From positions 310,001 through 374,000 of the forward strand of contig MU058645.1 in assembly GCA_013265495.1 (NCBI GenBank): 64,000 bases of DNA, in the 5' to 3' direction. A program made the translations under genes and the position numbers. This DNA comes from Vicugna vicugna. Its lineage: Eukaryota. Every line of letters starts with the position of its first letter. The first letter of the stretch is position 1. A model generated the notes under the pieces. The model was not told the origin of the DNA. It did no database searches and worked only from the letters and a program-made list of their open reading frames with translations. This document shows, in pieces, positions 13,501-27,480 of this stretch.

Positions 13501-14759
13501 ATGGAATGTTAAAATCTTACTGAACTAAATCTTATGCATAAAAGTGTAAAACAAACACCAAAACCTCAGGCAGTGTATTAATGAATATGGGAATATTCAT
13601 TCCACAGCTAACTACGAAATTTGCTATAATTAATATTTATGACCCTAAATAACCAAAAATTGTATTTCCTTTTATTTTTCCTATGCACCGTAATTTAAAA
13701 CTGATATCGTTCTAATCATTCTTCCCCTGCTAGTTGACATTCTATGGGCATGTGTTAATTCTCTTCAAATCTGCCTCTCACACGAGTTTCTTGACTGTGT
13801 CAGTTTGGTTGACTGGTGGCATGCGTACTTGTGCAACGCCAGACTCTTTGCATGTAGAAGATGTGGCAGAGAGATTTAAGATAGGACTTCTTGAATAACT
13901 ACAAATAAGAGATACAAAAAACTGTACTTTTGGAGTACAGTATTTAAAATAACTAGAAAAAAAGAGGAGCTATAAAATACTTAACAGTCTCTCATAATTG
14001 GCTCAAACCAAATTAAATATTTCAAGTGTAAAATTCAAATGACCACATCCTCACAGCTGAGGTAGCCACCAAAACAGGCTTCGCCGGCATGAGGGGGTTT
14101 GCATAACACAGCCAGAGAGCATCCAGCTCTTTACAGAAAGTTCTGAAGGGGAGTGGAACTATGCAGATGGAAGTGGATCATCTAATTTATAGTAAATTAG
14201 GGGAAAAAGCTGTCAGAAAGGATGGCAGAAAAATCTAAATTTATCATGTTCTTCAAATCATTGCTTCCAGTAGATTTTCTGCTTCATGAAAATGAATGAA
14301 TGAACCACCAACATTGCTTCTTAATATTGTGATTCTATACTTGAATTACGGAATATTTGGAATAAGAGCTGGGAAAAAAAAGCAAGTCATTGTTTTGTTT
14401 ATTTTTTTCCCCTGAAAATAAACATTGCGTCAGTCTTGGCTAAATGTGACTAAATTCTATATTACAGCTGGAGGGTCTAACTTAAGCAGCCAGTGGTAAT
14501 TATAAAAGTGTATTTCTGAAATGTTCGCTAACCAGTATTCTCCTGGTAGGCCCAGAGATTAATTCCCCACAATCAATGAAATATATAAATCACTATATGG
14601 ATACAAAGAGGAGTACTGGTCTCATAATCAGCATATGCACATACTTGAAAAAAATTTAAATGAGTTCTCAAACAAGAGATGTATTGTTACCTACTGATTA
14701 AAATTTTTTCAAGATGGACAAAAATCAGTCTGTCTCAGCTGCTTCAAAATTAATCAGGG

Positions 14760-15050
14760 GTAAGGGAAGGAAGCCACTCTGAAAGAGCTGCGTGCTCTAT
14801 TATTCCAACTATATGACATTCTGGAAAAGGAGACAGTGAAAATATCCACGGTTGCCAGGGGGAAGGGAGGGGGAGGAGTAAAGAGGCAAAGCACAGAAGA
14901 ATTTTAAGACAATGGAACTGTCCTTTATGATGATTAGAATGGTGGGTACAAGCTATTAAGTGTTTGCCCAAACCCACAGAATGCACTGTACCAGCAGTGA
15001 GCCCGAAGGCAAGCTGTGGACTTTGAGTGTTAATGATGTGTCAGTGAACA
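14760..15050 (+). mobile_element. L1MB/MC-type 3' end fragment
   Basis: attccaactatatgacattctggaaaagg...ggttgccaggggg...caaacccacagaatg motifs. Confidence 0.75.
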
Positions 15051-16189
15051 CCTGATGGACCATTCAAGAAATTTATGGAATAACCGGTGAAGTTATTTGC
15101 AACTCTTATCTTCCTGGGATACGTTTCCTGAAATAGCAAAGCTATGTCGTTGAAGAGAGTGGTATATTGAAGTCATGTTAACATATGCAGTTAGCTGCGT
15201 AGACGGTTGCCACAGTTGCCTTTGCTGAGATCCTTATTCGCCCTTCCTATTACCAAGTGCACTGAATACGTTGTCTCCCCATCTATTCAACATCTATTCC
15301 ATGTCTTTACACTTCACCATTGCCTCTCAGCTCTCCCAGTGTCTCAGCCTCTGTGATGATGCATTCTTCAATCGTTCTTGTATTTCCTGGCTATTCCTTC
15401 GTGGCTTTCTTTTCTGGATTCTTCTCTATTTTACCCCTAAATACTGGAGGTCTTTTGAACTGAATCATGGGATCACTTCTCTTTCCTTGATGCATTTTTT
15501 CACTGAGTAATCTTTTCTGTTTCATCAAATAAAACCTGAACAGTAATGACACCTGAGTTGATATCCAGAGCCAGGTCAGGAGAAACCACTGAATGTCATT
15601 GTCATCTTATAGCGTCTTTGGATTTAATATGTGCAAAGTGGGATTGTTACACCTGTGCAAATCTTTTCTTCCCTCGGGTTTTAGTATCTCAGTATATTTG
15701 ATTGCAACGCACTCTGTTGCACTGGCCACTCCATTACACACTCCAGGGACATTATTCACATTGTTTCTACTATTGCGAATGGTAAATGGCATCTTTCAGC
15801 CTCCAGCTACGCCTCTGGTCAACCATTTAAGGTTATGTGTCTGTCGCTAACTTCATAGCTAAATTTTGTGAAAGGTGAATCTATATTTGCAGTCTCCATT
15901 TTCTCACTTCTCATTTTCTTCTCAATTACTACTATCAAATTTATATCCTTACCACATTGCTGAAAGTCTATGGAAGATTCTAGCAAATAACATCAGTGAC
16001 ATCCTTCTAGGTGAATCCATTAGAATGTTTCGTTCACCCTCTTAGTTAATGACTTGAATTATTCAGTCATATTGAAAATTCAGTATTTTTAAAATTCTCT
16101 CTTCTCTGCGCTTTTATCCATAGTGGTTTAGATTTTGACCAAAATATTGGTCTTCCACAGACTCCCTTTTTACCTTACCTTTTCTAAAG

Positions 16190-16750
16190 ACATTATTTAT
16201 TTGGAGCAGTTTTGGGTTCACAGCAAAATTGAGGGGAAGGTACAGAGATGCCCTTCATAATCCTTACCCCATACATGCATGGCCTCCCCTATTGTCAACA
16301 TCTCCTGCCAGAGTGGTACATTCATTGTGAATGATGGACTTATACGCTATTATTGCCTAAATCCCGTAGTTTACATTGGGGTTCACTCTCGGTGTTTTAC
16401 CTCCTATGTGTTTGAACAGATAGATAATGGCGTATACCATCATTATCATTTCATACGGAGTGATTTCACTGCTTTAACTGCTCCCCCACCCCAACTCCTG
16501 GGAGCCACTGATCATTCTGCTGTCTCTGTAGTTTTGCCTTTCACAGAATTTTATATAGTTGGAATCATACAGTGTGCAGTCTCTACAGACTGGCTCCCTT
16601 CACTTGGTAAGATGTATTTAAGGTTTCTCCATGTCTTTTCATGGCTTGATAGCTCATTGACAACAGTCCCTTGTTTAAACATATCAGGTTTTTTTAAATT
16701 TATTCATTTACTGAAGGACATGTTGACTGCTTCCAAATTTTGGCAGTTGT
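16190..16750 (-). mobile_element. L1MC-type 3' end fragment
   Basis: gcagttttgggttcacagcaaaattgaggggaaggtacagaga...ggaatcatacagt motifs. Confidence 0.75.
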
Positions 16751-18277
16751 GGTTCTTTTCTTTTTCTAACTCTCCATTCCTTCTGAAATAATGTTTCCTC
16801 CCTAAGCATCAACTATTATTATTGTAATGCTTCTCAAATCTAGATCTATAGTTGTGAAAGCATTAAGTCCTCACTTTTAACTTATTGCTAGACAAATTAT
16901 CTAACCTTTCAAACTCAAAATGTCCGAAACAAAATTAATTATTTGACTTCCTTCAATCCTAAAGCCAACTCTTTTTTGCTGAGTCTGTGCTGTATTAATT
17001 TGGACTCCGTCACCCAGTCTGGAAAGGTGAGCGCCATAATCAATCATTAGATACTCTTCCTCAGCTGTCATATTTGAGTGGTCATCACGTCCCTTAAAAA
17101 CATTTGAGAATTATTTCAAGACATTTTCTTCCTCTTAGTAAATCAGCAACTCCAGTTGTTAACTACCTCACCGCTTAGTTGGATGACGTCAATCACTTTT
17201 CACTAGAATTTCTACTGTCAGTTATTGCTTTTTTGGCCAATCCTCTGTTCTACTAGTAAGTAGACAATGCTTTTTATTTTATAAAATAGAAATCTGACCA
17301 TAAACTCTTCATCTTAAATACCTTTGATGGTTCCCAGCATGCGATTCTTCACTGTCTAATTGCAATGTTCTTCCCCGGACTTGTTTCTGACCATTCCTTC
17401 ACTGGACACACTCTCATCCACAGTCATGCTGTGGGTCATTCTTTGAACTTGGCATGTAAATTAATGCTGCACGATTTTGCTCATTATTTATTTTTCTTCT
17501 TAAATATCCTTTTCTCCTTTTCTGTTTAATAAAATCCTACTAGTTGTTAACAGCTCACCTAATATGTATCTTCTGGGATGTTATCCTCTGCTCATCTAGG
17601 CTTTCTCTTTCTTAATGCTCTACTGTGACTTTTCCCTTTATGTTAGTGCCCATTTTGTTGTATTGGAATTACTTATTCCCACATCTCTCTCCCCTGTTGA
17701 CTGTGAGCTCGCATGTCCTCGAATTGGTTTCGTAATTTTCCCAGAGGATATATTGGTGTTCAATAAATTCAGGATTACTAAATGATAAGCTAAAAGGAAT
17801 GGGTAATAATTAAAAGGAAAAAGTTCAGAGATGCACGTAGCAGAACGTCTTAGAGCCAGGCTGAGTATTTCTATAATATTATATGGAGTAGTGGGTGATT
17901 GTGTGTCTTTGAGCAGAAAAAATAATTGTTACTGTGCCAATTATAGCATATGATTGATGCACAGAAAGAGAGTGGTTTGGAGAAAAATAACCACCTTGAT
18001 AGGTACATAAACAAAACATTTTAATTTTTTAAAGAATACAAGAGAAAAACATTGATTAGAAGAACATACTTTTTGTAAAGACATTCATGTAAATGACTGC
18101 CTGACGAATGGAGCCACCCAGGTAAATTTTATGATTTGCAATGTGCTGTTGCTGTGCTAAGCACAGAGGGTAAGTGAATGTTAGAATTCAGGGGTCCCAT
18201 ACAGGTGCATTCTAGTATCTGGAGTTTTCCTGTTCCTTTGTTAAACACAGTGCAATAAACAGAGAGAGAATGGGTTC

Positions 18278-18822
18278 CGTGATGGTTACTTCTATGTGTC
18301 AACTTGACTGGGCTAAGGGATGTCCAGATAGCTGGTAAACTATTATTTCTGGGATTGTCTGTGAAAGAAGTGTTTATAAAAGTGATTAGCATTTAAGTCT
18401 GTAGACTAAAGAAGATTGCCCTCAGCACGTGAGTTGGCAGCATTCAATCTGCTGAGAGCTTGAACAGAAAGAAAATAGAGGAAGGGCCAATTTGTTCTCT
18501 CTGCTTCAGCTGGGACGTCTGTCATCTCCTGCCCTGGAACATGGATGCTCCTTGTTCTCAGGTCTTTGAACTCAAACTGGGATGTACACCATTCTCCCCC
18601 TTGGTCTCAGGCCTTCAGGCTTGGACTAGAACCCACATCACGGGCAGTCCTGCACCTCCACCTTGCAGTCAGCAGGTCATGGGACTTCTCAACCTCCATG
18701 TTGCATGAGCCAGTCCCTCATAATGAACTTATTTCTTCCTATCTATCTTTCTGTCTGTCTATCTATCTATCTATCTATCTATCCTATTGGATCTGTTTTC
18801 CTGGAGAACCCCAAGTAATACA
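18278..18822 (+). mobile_element. ERVL MLT2-type solo LTR with (TCTA)n
   Basis: gtgatggttacttctatgtgtcaacttgactgggcta ... tctgttttcctggagaaccccaagtaataca. Confidence 0.85.
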
Positions 18823-21269
18823 AGAACAGTGTTTGAAGGTCTTTTAAGGTGCAGTCCCTGACTGTAGGTGCAGTTTAAATGGCTGGACACCAAATCACTC
18901 ATTTTATTAGATAACTGCTTGCTTACATTTCAAGGGAAAAACTTTGAATGCAAACCAAACAAAAATAAGCAATCTCAAATAGGCATCTCATGATGATTCA
19001 ACTGAAAGTCTAAAGAATTCCTTTCTGTATGTGTCTTTCTGTTAGCACAGGCATCAGGGAAATGTGCTCAAGTAAAAACAAATTGCCATTTTGGTGCATC
19101 TGGATCCCTCATAAGAAGCCATTCATGAAACTCATATTCTTTCTAAAAAGATGCTGATTTTATAATCTTTTTAAATGCACAGCATTTCTTTTATTGGAGC
19201 CCCATTAAATTTTCTTCTGAATTCCCTTTATCTTTATAAATTAAGGTCTGAGCACGATGTTTATGAAGGCAGGTGTGGTCCAGTAGTTACATATTCTTAA
19301 AATCACACTGTTCACATTCAGAACTTAAATTAAAGCATTGGATTCATAGACATGTGTAGTTTTAATAGACTGTACAAATTGATTCCTTGCATTCTCTGTT
19401 CCACGGAGGAATTAAGCCATAGGTCTAAAATAAATGAATATCACAGAAGAAGATGTTGATGTCATCGAAATTAAATGGGAGAGGAGTGAATCTATAAAAG
19501 AATACTGGGTGGATTTTCTGAAGACACACATGCTTGAGCTTTCAGCATAGAGACAGATAAGGAGATAGAAAGAAAGAGTAATGCTAATGAGAATGTTCAA
19601 GGCATTTGGTTTCGGGGAGGACAGGTAATTCTAACACCTAGATGTTGCAGAAGTTTCTTTACCCTCCATCTGTTTTCGCCCTGACAGGTTTGCATTTAAA
19701 ATGTTTTCTGTACCACATTTCCCACCAGCATCAGTGCTATGCATACGGGTGGTTAAGGCAAGGGCTACATACATCCTTGAATGTCAGCTGGGATGCTCTG
19801 ATCTGCTCTCAGAGTGAAGCAGGCGTACAGAGAGGGGGACTGGGGATGGATTAGGCAGCCTATCAACTGGTGGAACTTCATCACTTAAAGGAACCACCTT
19901 GGATGATTATAGAAACCAAATGAAAACAGACATGAAAAGAAACTGGAATGCAGTGGCTGTCTTCCACCCTTATTGGATTATTGATTTTGTTTGTCATCTT
20001 AGTTTATCCTGGGAAAGTGCTTTAAGCCCATAATCACTTGGGAGACAGTGGGAGTGTTATTTATTTTAAATAATAAAAAATGTAGAAAATTTGTGAATCT
20101 ATCCTATGGAGTGGGGCTTATTTCAGTACAACAAGTACAGAGAAGACTTTTCTCACTGAACTTTATTTGAACCTCAAAGAATGCGGAATTAATTTACATT
20201 TCATTATAGGCTAGTAATTCCCTCAGCACATTAGAAGGTGGCTCCAGAATGAACAAACTATGTATATCCTTGGGCTGCCGCAAAATTCTGTGAGCACCAA
20301 TCCTAAAATCCCAGCCAGAAAGGTCGAACCTGAGCTGTTTCATCAATGAGAAGCTTACTCTTTGCATTTGCAAAGGGTGCACGTTCTACACATAGGAATA
20401 TTTCAAAATCAATTACTGGGTACTTCCCATCACAGTGACAGTTACCTCTCACCCCCCAAAAGCATGAACAGCAATAGGTTAGAATATGTTCCAACTCATC
20501 ATCTGGCAGTTTTCATTAGCAAGGTAAAAGAGACTTGAGCCGGAAGTGCAAAATAATGTGAATATCACTTGCACATCATGATGCCCCCTGCTACCTAAAC
20601 TCTTAGCTGTCACAGAACTGCCATGTCTCTAATCTTGCCCGGTGAGCTTCTTTTTAAAAATCTGCTGTGCGTGAAGATTTCCTGTAGCTATTTACATGCC
20701 CACAACATTTCTTGGTTTACTGTTTTCTTTATCTCCAAGGAATCACCAAATCAGGTGTCGACATTCTAAACTATAGATGACAATAGCTGGTATGATATAG
20801 CATTGACTATCATTTTCTGGGAAAGGAGCAGATATTAAATTATCATTTAGGCAAATGACCTGACAAGACATGTTTCCATGTACCACCAGATCTGAAAAAA
20901 CCCTGGAGTTCATCTTACTTAACCCTACTTTCTAGGGTTCTAGCATATCTCTTCAAACTATTTGACTTAAAGTCAGTTATGTAAACATTTTTGTCATTTT
21001 ACAAACGGTCCCAGTTCGGAGGATTTGCACTCTCAGATATGGAACTGGAAATTGTATTATACACTGAGAGATAACCACATTAACATTCCATTTAAGTAAC
21101 ACAACTTTGCTGAATTCAATTTAATTGTGAGCATTAGTTTCCAGCCCCGAAAGGCTGTTCTTTAACCACTAATAATGATGCTTGAGAGATCACATATGAA
21201 AAACTAATCAATATTATGATTTTACTTTCTGTGTCACATTGCCCTTTCAAAAGATAAATCAATAATAAA

Positions 21270-21611
21270 TCCCATCCCATAAGCTATTTAACAATATGAC
21301 CATGACTCTCCTCCCATAATAGGAGGTGTCTGTGTCATTTATCTTTGAATCTGAGCTTATTTATGACTTACTTAAACTAATAGTGAACGGCAGAAGTGAT
21401 GGTGTACTGTTCCTGAGGTTATGTCAGAAAAGAGGATGCAACATTTACCCTGGTGTTTGGAATTCTCATTATGGTGCCCTAAATCAAGTGATAGGAAGTC
21501 TCACTCCTCTGAAGTCACTCTGCAACAAGATAGCCCAAACACGCTCATGCAGAGAAACCATTTGGAAAGGTCCTGAGACTTGCTGAATGGTGAAAAGAAA
21601 GAGACAGTGAG

Positions 21612-21652
<41 letters not shown>

Positions 21653-21720
21653 TTTGGCCACCTTGTAACTGCTCCAGCTCCACCCCCTCTCTGACTGTGA
21701 GCACGTAAAAGACCTCAAAT
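21270..21720 (+). mobile_element. MaLR (MLT1-type) LTR remnant containing (GA)n at ~21600-21650
   Basis: tttgaatctgagct...ggcagaagtgatgg motifs. GA repeat seen directly. Confidence 0.5.
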
Positions 21721-22399
21721 CACTACGGATATGCAGCAGTGTAAGAAAATGCCCAGTTACTTCCTTAGAAAAAGAAAGTTTAAAAGGAGAAATCAAACAC
21801 CCAGAGAATCAATCCCAAAGACCAGTACTGGACTCTAATCAACTCTATAATAAGTACAAAATAAACTTGGGCCCAGCTCAATGCACTGACCACTGCTGCC
21901 CCGACAGAACTCGGGGTTTTCTTTGTTGCCTCTCTCTGTAAGATGAGGGGAGAGATAAAATCATTTCTAATGTTAGAGTCCACTCAATAATGAGAAGATT
22001 CAGAATGACATAAATTATTTCAGAATCCAGGCAATCAAAGCCCACTTAGGAAAACACTATTAAAAATTTACTATGTTTCTTACATAATAAATATATATAC
22101 AAATCATAAAATAAACTATAAAAAGAAGTTAAAAACATAAAATAATCTTACTTTAATTCCACTACTCAGAAATAGTTGCTTGTAAATAATTAGGAGTCTC
22201 AGTTGTTGACAGAATAATCCACTATAGGTAGTTTAAGCAAAGCTCTTTTAAAATAAGACATATTTTGATGGGCTAAGAAATAAGGCTTTTGATTTTTTTT
22301 TTACTTTGAGAAGTAGAGAAGTTCTAGGGGTGCCTATTTGACACATCTTTTAAAATATTTCTTACCACATAGGTCAAGGGGCCAAATGGTGTTTCTGCC

Positions 22400-22920
22400 A
22401 GTTGTTTGGTGGATTTATTGATGTCACATGCTCATAATCTGGGGAAATGAACACAGGTCTTTATGGTGAATTTTGAAATCAAGAATTGTGAGTCTCCCAC
22501 TTCGTTTGTCTTTTCTGAGATTGCTTTGGCTGTTCTAGGTGATTGTATTTTCATGTAGGATTATTTTGTCAATTTTTATGAAAAAAAGAAGGCTGGGACT
22601 TCAGTAGGAACTGCACAGAATTGTAGGTAAATTTGAGAGAGAATTGCCATTTAACAATATTAGGTCTTCTGATTCATGAACATGGGATACCTTTTCGTTT
22701 ATTTAGATCTTCTTTAATTTATTTCTATCATGTTTTGTAGTCTTCAGAGAGCAAGGATAAACTTTTTTGGTTAAGTTTATTTTTAATGCATTGTAAATTG
22801 AATTGTTTTGCTAATTTTACTGTCATTTCAATGTTGTTCATTGCTAATGCTATAGATACAATTAATTTTTGTAAATTGATCTTTATCCTGAAGTACTGCT
22901 GAAATTATTTATTAACTCTA
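22400..22920 (-). mobile_element. L1 ORF2 fragment
   Basis: T-rich antisense L1 motifs (ttgctttggctgttctaggt, tttaacaatattaggtcttctgattcatgaacatggg). Confidence 0.7.
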
Positions 22921-23229
22921 ATAGTCACAGCTTTTCAAAGCCCTTTGTAGACATCTTAACTGATAAGTCTTTCTTGTCATTTTTCTCCAGACTCCTGTAT
23001 GCCCAAGCTGGTGTTGCAGCCTCAGGTATCTGTGTTGGTAAATAGTTGCTGCATATTGTTTTCCCAAAGCCCTGTGTATAAGGCTTTTCCTTGAAAGAGA
23101 GCTCTGAGTCAATTTAAGTAACAAAAATAGAGGTTTTTCTTAAGAAATTCTTAAAATTCAACCGTAATCATGGTTCTGCCTGTTAATAATCACTGACCTT
23201 TCTTTCCTTTAAGAGAGTTGATGGTCAAT

Positions 23230-24450
23230 TAAACATTTATAATAAAATATAAGAAATATCAGGGAAATTGTAGTAGTATATAGCAAGGACCATTATTTTA
23301 GTTCGGGGTGAGTACTGAGAGATGTTAAGAAGATACTCTTGGAAAAAATGTAGTTTAAAAAGAATTCTGAAAAATGAGGAGTAACCTTGGCAATGTAAAG
23401 GAAGACCATGTTTTAGGACGTATCCAAAAGCCTAAATGTGAGAGAATTATTTATTATGGATGGAAAGTAGAAAGCATAGGGAAGCAGCCAGAGATTGGGC
23501 CGGAGTAGTAGGAGAGGCAAGAGGAAGCTTGGAGTGACACAAACAAATGAGCCTTTTAGAGGAGCAACTGAGGGTAGAAATCAGGCAAGGCTGCGTATAG
23601 AAAAGTGAAAGTGAAAAAGGAGACATTTTCAGTAACGCTAATGAAAAATAGCATTGGCCTTGGCCAAAGTAATGAATCTAAAGTGAGGATTTGGAGGAGG
23701 AGACCATTTCAGAGAAGTGCAGTCATAGAATTTGGGAATGAGTGGACAGTTGAGGACAGAGATACTAAGAACACAGTCCTGGGTTTTTGTTCGCAAAACT
23801 TGAGTTAACAGTCATTTCAACCACAGAGAGATGGAGTTTATTTTTAGGGGAAAATCATAAGTTTATTCTCTAACATGCATAACTTGTAGTATGCATGGGG
23901 TATCCAATTTCAGATACACAGTGACGATTTTCACAAATGAATTGGGATCTCAGAAAAGCAATCTGAGCTAGTAATAGTTAAGAAACACTAGCAAGAAATT
24001 GACCATTGGAACCATGGATATGGATGAGATGATGCAGGGTGTGAAAAAAAGTACAGAATATTCAGGGCTTCATAGCGACATTTAGAGGCAGACTCTGGGC
24101 AAGAAGGCTGCAAGGGACACCGAAGAAACGGCCAAAGGTGAGTGGGGCCAACTGGAGCGTGGGGCATCGTGGGAGCCAAAGAGGTTTAGAGGGAGAGACT
24201 GACTGTATTGGCTGCTGCTGAGGATAAGTAAGATCAGGATTGAAAGCTGTCTTTTGAACTTAACCAAAGGGTCACTGGCTATTTGGTGAGAACACTTCTG
24301 ATGGAATTGTGGGCATAGAAGACAAACTTCAGTGTGAGTGGGTTGTCAAAATGCAGAGAGGACAACCTCAGACGACTCTCTTTAGAAGCTCTGCTGTGGA
24401 GAGTAGGAGGAGAGGGCTAGAGACAGAGCACGGGAGAAAGATCAGCATTA
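23230..24450. mobile_element. Decayed L2 fragments
   Basis: Purine-rich L2-like motifs (gaatttgggaatgagtggac, gggtcactggctatttggtgagaac). Confidence 0.45.
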
Positions 24451-25169
24451 CGCCAGCTCAGAGGCTGTCTTCTTCCTCTCTTCCGCTTCCTCTTTTCCTT
24501 TTGGATATGTATTGTTTTTGTTGTTTTAAAAGCTTGAAGATATTTGAATACACTTAAAATTTGCCAGAAAGGAACTAATAGAGAGAGAACTTGAAACTGA
24601 AAATACTGGAAAGAAGGGGGAATGAATTGATTCAAGGGGGACAGGGACCACTTTGCATACCTGTGATCTTCACTTGAGCTGCTTTATAGTTGATTATTGG
24701 AAACAGAGAAAGTAATGGGATAAAAGCCATCCATAGTCCCATCCACAGGCAATAAAAACTAAGTTAACCAAAGTTATTCGCTCAATTCACCAAAAATCTG
24801 AGTTTTCTCTAGTTCAGAGTTTCCCTAAGGGAAGACAATGCCTAAGCCTGGAGCTCTGGTAGCACCTGGCCGTTCTTCTTAAAAGATGATGGCGAGTGAC
24901 CAGATGCTTTGTCCTTCCTCCCAAGTCTTTTTGGTCAGGACACATTCAGGACCAAGCAAGGCCAGCCGATCCCTGATGTAAATTTAAAACTTCATTAGGA
25001 TGTAATTCTCTGCCTCAGGACTTAAGCCCCAAGGGTCAAGAGAAGCAGGTGTCTATCTTTTTTTTTTTTTTGTATTCACAGAAAATCTGGCCCATTTTCT
25101 GATGCCAAAACTTTGTTACATAATCAATTATTACTTCCCTGTTAGTCTTACCTACTCTCCGAGACTCAC

Positions 25170-25181
25170 CTTGTTATACAT
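25170..25181 (-). CDS. Candidate first coding exon (M-Y-N-K, phase 0) of an unidentified gene
   Basis: Minus strand reads GAGCCACC-ATG TAT AAC AAG-GTGAGT: Kozak GCCACC-ATG followed by a consensus AAG|GTGAGT donor, in non-repetitive sequence. Confidence 0.4.
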
Positions 25182-25451
25182 GGTGGCTCTTTATTGCATA
25201 CAAGTATCAAAGGGACCACATCAAGGGGTGTTGTGGTGACATCTTTTGTGGAGTGACTGAAACCCAGCCCAAGAAGTCAGACTCGCCTTGTCTCCTCCTA
25301 CCTCCTTCCGAGTCAAACTGCGACTCCTCCAGTCTGCCAGCCCTTGATCTTTTAGGCTCCGAAGTAAAATGAGTAAAAAAGCTGTCCCTGCGAGAACCTT
25401 TAATCAGCAACACTCTCAGCACATCACAGGATGAAAGCAACAGGCAGGTCA

Positions 25452-25897
25452 GGCCTCTGCTGTCAGAGGCCGGGGAGGCAAAGCCACCCGGGAAATCGCG
25501 CGCTCCCCACGGGCCAGGTCCTCCGCAACAGCTGTGTCTCTCACGGGGGACGCTCTGCTGGCTCTGCAGACGACAGAGAAGACTGGAAAGAGGAAAATGA
25601 GACAGCAATCAGAAAGGAGAGACAAAGCTACTGAACAGCCCAGTGAGAGAACATCTTTTATTTTTAAATGTTTAGGGCCTCTGCTGTCAGAGGCCGGGCA
25701 GGCAAAGCCACCCGGGAAACCGCGCGCTCCCCGCGGGCCAGGTCCTCGGCAACAGCTGTGTCTCTCGTGGGGGACGCTCTGCTGGCTCTGCAGACGACAG
25801 AGAAGACTGGAAAGAGGAAAATGAGACAGCAATCAGAAAGGAGAGACAAAGCTACTGAACAGCCCAGTGAGAGAACATCTTTTATTTTTAAATGTTT
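25452..25897. repeat. Tandem duplication, 2 x 222 bp (period 224)
   Basis: 25452-25673 and 25676-25897 differ at about 6 positions by eye. Confidence 0.95.
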
Positions 25898-26546
25898 TTG
25901 GAAGAAAGCTGAGTCTTATAAAGTAACTTCCTTGTGTTGCTTAAATGGAGTGCCAGAACAGGCTTGGAGATGTTTGCAGCGATGTCACAACAAACAGTGA
26001 ATGAATCGTGAGCACACCAAAAACGGGACCAACTTTCTCAAAATGATGTAGTGACTCTGCCTCTTCCTGTGATCCTTAGACCCTGTGAAAGATTGCTGAG
26101 CAGAAACAAGCGACACGCTTAGCGTCTTGCTTTGAAATCACTCAGCATAGGAGATAATTATGACAATGCACAGAACAGCTTTTCCCTCTGCCGACGTTCT
26201 TTTCCATCAAATTTCTCTGTTGTTTTTCCCAACAAGATGATTGGTAGTAATACAAGGCCCCATTCTTGCCCTTTTTTTAATACCATTAACGCTCACTGAA
26301 CCACATTTAATTAAGGAAATGTACGCTGATACGCATTGCATAATCAGGTCAGGGGCTGGTGCTGAAATTGATTGAGGACAGCTCTTTCACACTTACTTCA
26401 ATTTATGAATGCTCAGACGCAGACAGATAGTGAAAAGGGTTTAATTTCCATTTGTGTTGTTTGCACATTCTTTATAATGTAAGCATTAATTGAACATGCT
26501 CAGTGTCAGTGAGCAGCCATCAAGCATATCCATTTTTCATAAATGA

Positions 26547-26559
26547 AGGTCACAGGTCA
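26547..26559 (+). promoter_or_regulatory. Perfect DR1 nuclear-receptor element AGGTCA-C-AGGTCA
   Basis: Exact motif in unique sequence. Function not shown. Confidence 0.4.
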
Positions 26560-27084
26560 ATCTCGAGCAAGTTCCAAGCAATCTAGTTATAGAAATGTAT
26601 TTATATTTGATCAGTTATGATATGAAAGACTAGAGATCTGGAAAATTAACACCAGGAAAGCAGTGCAGCTCTGGCTGTGGAATGGCAGCTTCTGGGAAGC
26701 AAACACCAAAAGTTTGCTGCTCTGTGTCTGAGAATGTGGTTTTGGTGCTCACGGTGCGCTTCCGAGATGCTCTTTATTTTGCATGTTGATGCAGGTCACC
26801 GCAAACAATGAGTTCAGACTGCTGAGCTTGTGGAGAAGATTGTCAGCTAAGATTTAATTGGCTGACATAAATCCACAAGGCATTCTGCCCACTGAATTCA
26901 CTCTTTCGTCCAGCACTGTGCTAGGCACACTTGAGGCAAACAGAAGAAAGTCCATTTCCAGATGAGTGTATGGTGATTTTTTTCAAATGTATGAAGATGT
27001 CAGATTTTCTTGTTCAGATTTTCATTTAAAATCATGGATGCAAGCTATTATGCCATTTTGTATTTTCTGAACTTGATTTTTTAA

Positions 27085-27480
27085 CATTTTTCTATTGAAG
27101 TATAGTTGGTTTACCATGTCATGTAGTTTCTGGTGTACAGCAGAGTGATTCAGTCATACGTATACATACATATATTCCTTTTCATATTCTTTTTCATTAT
27201 AGGCCATTACAAGGTGTTGCACGTAGTTCCCCAAGCTCTACAGTAGGTCTTTGTTGTTTATCTATTTTAGATACAGTAGTGTACATCTGTAAACTTTGAA
27301 CTCCCAGCTTAACCCTCAATCAAGCCCTCTTCCCTCCAGGCCCATAGCCATAGGTTTATTTTCTGTGTCTGTGAGTCTGTTTCTGTTTTGTAAATGAGTT
27401 CGTTTATGTCCTTTTTTTAGATTCCACATATAAGTGGTATCATATGGTATTTCTCTTTCTCTTTCTGGCTGACTTTTTAT
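27085..27480 (-). mobile_element. Cetartiodactyl/camelid-type L1 3' end
   Basis: ttgaagtatagttgg...ctggtgtacagcagagtgattcagt...ttttagattccacatataagt. Confidence 0.75.

Noticed and set aside
16279..16791. 170-aa ORF
   Set aside because: Lies within an antisense L1 3' UTR fragment.
25207..26000. ORFs with repeated peptides
   Set aside because: By-product of the 224-bp duplication. Only two units with no spacers, so not a CRISPR-like array.
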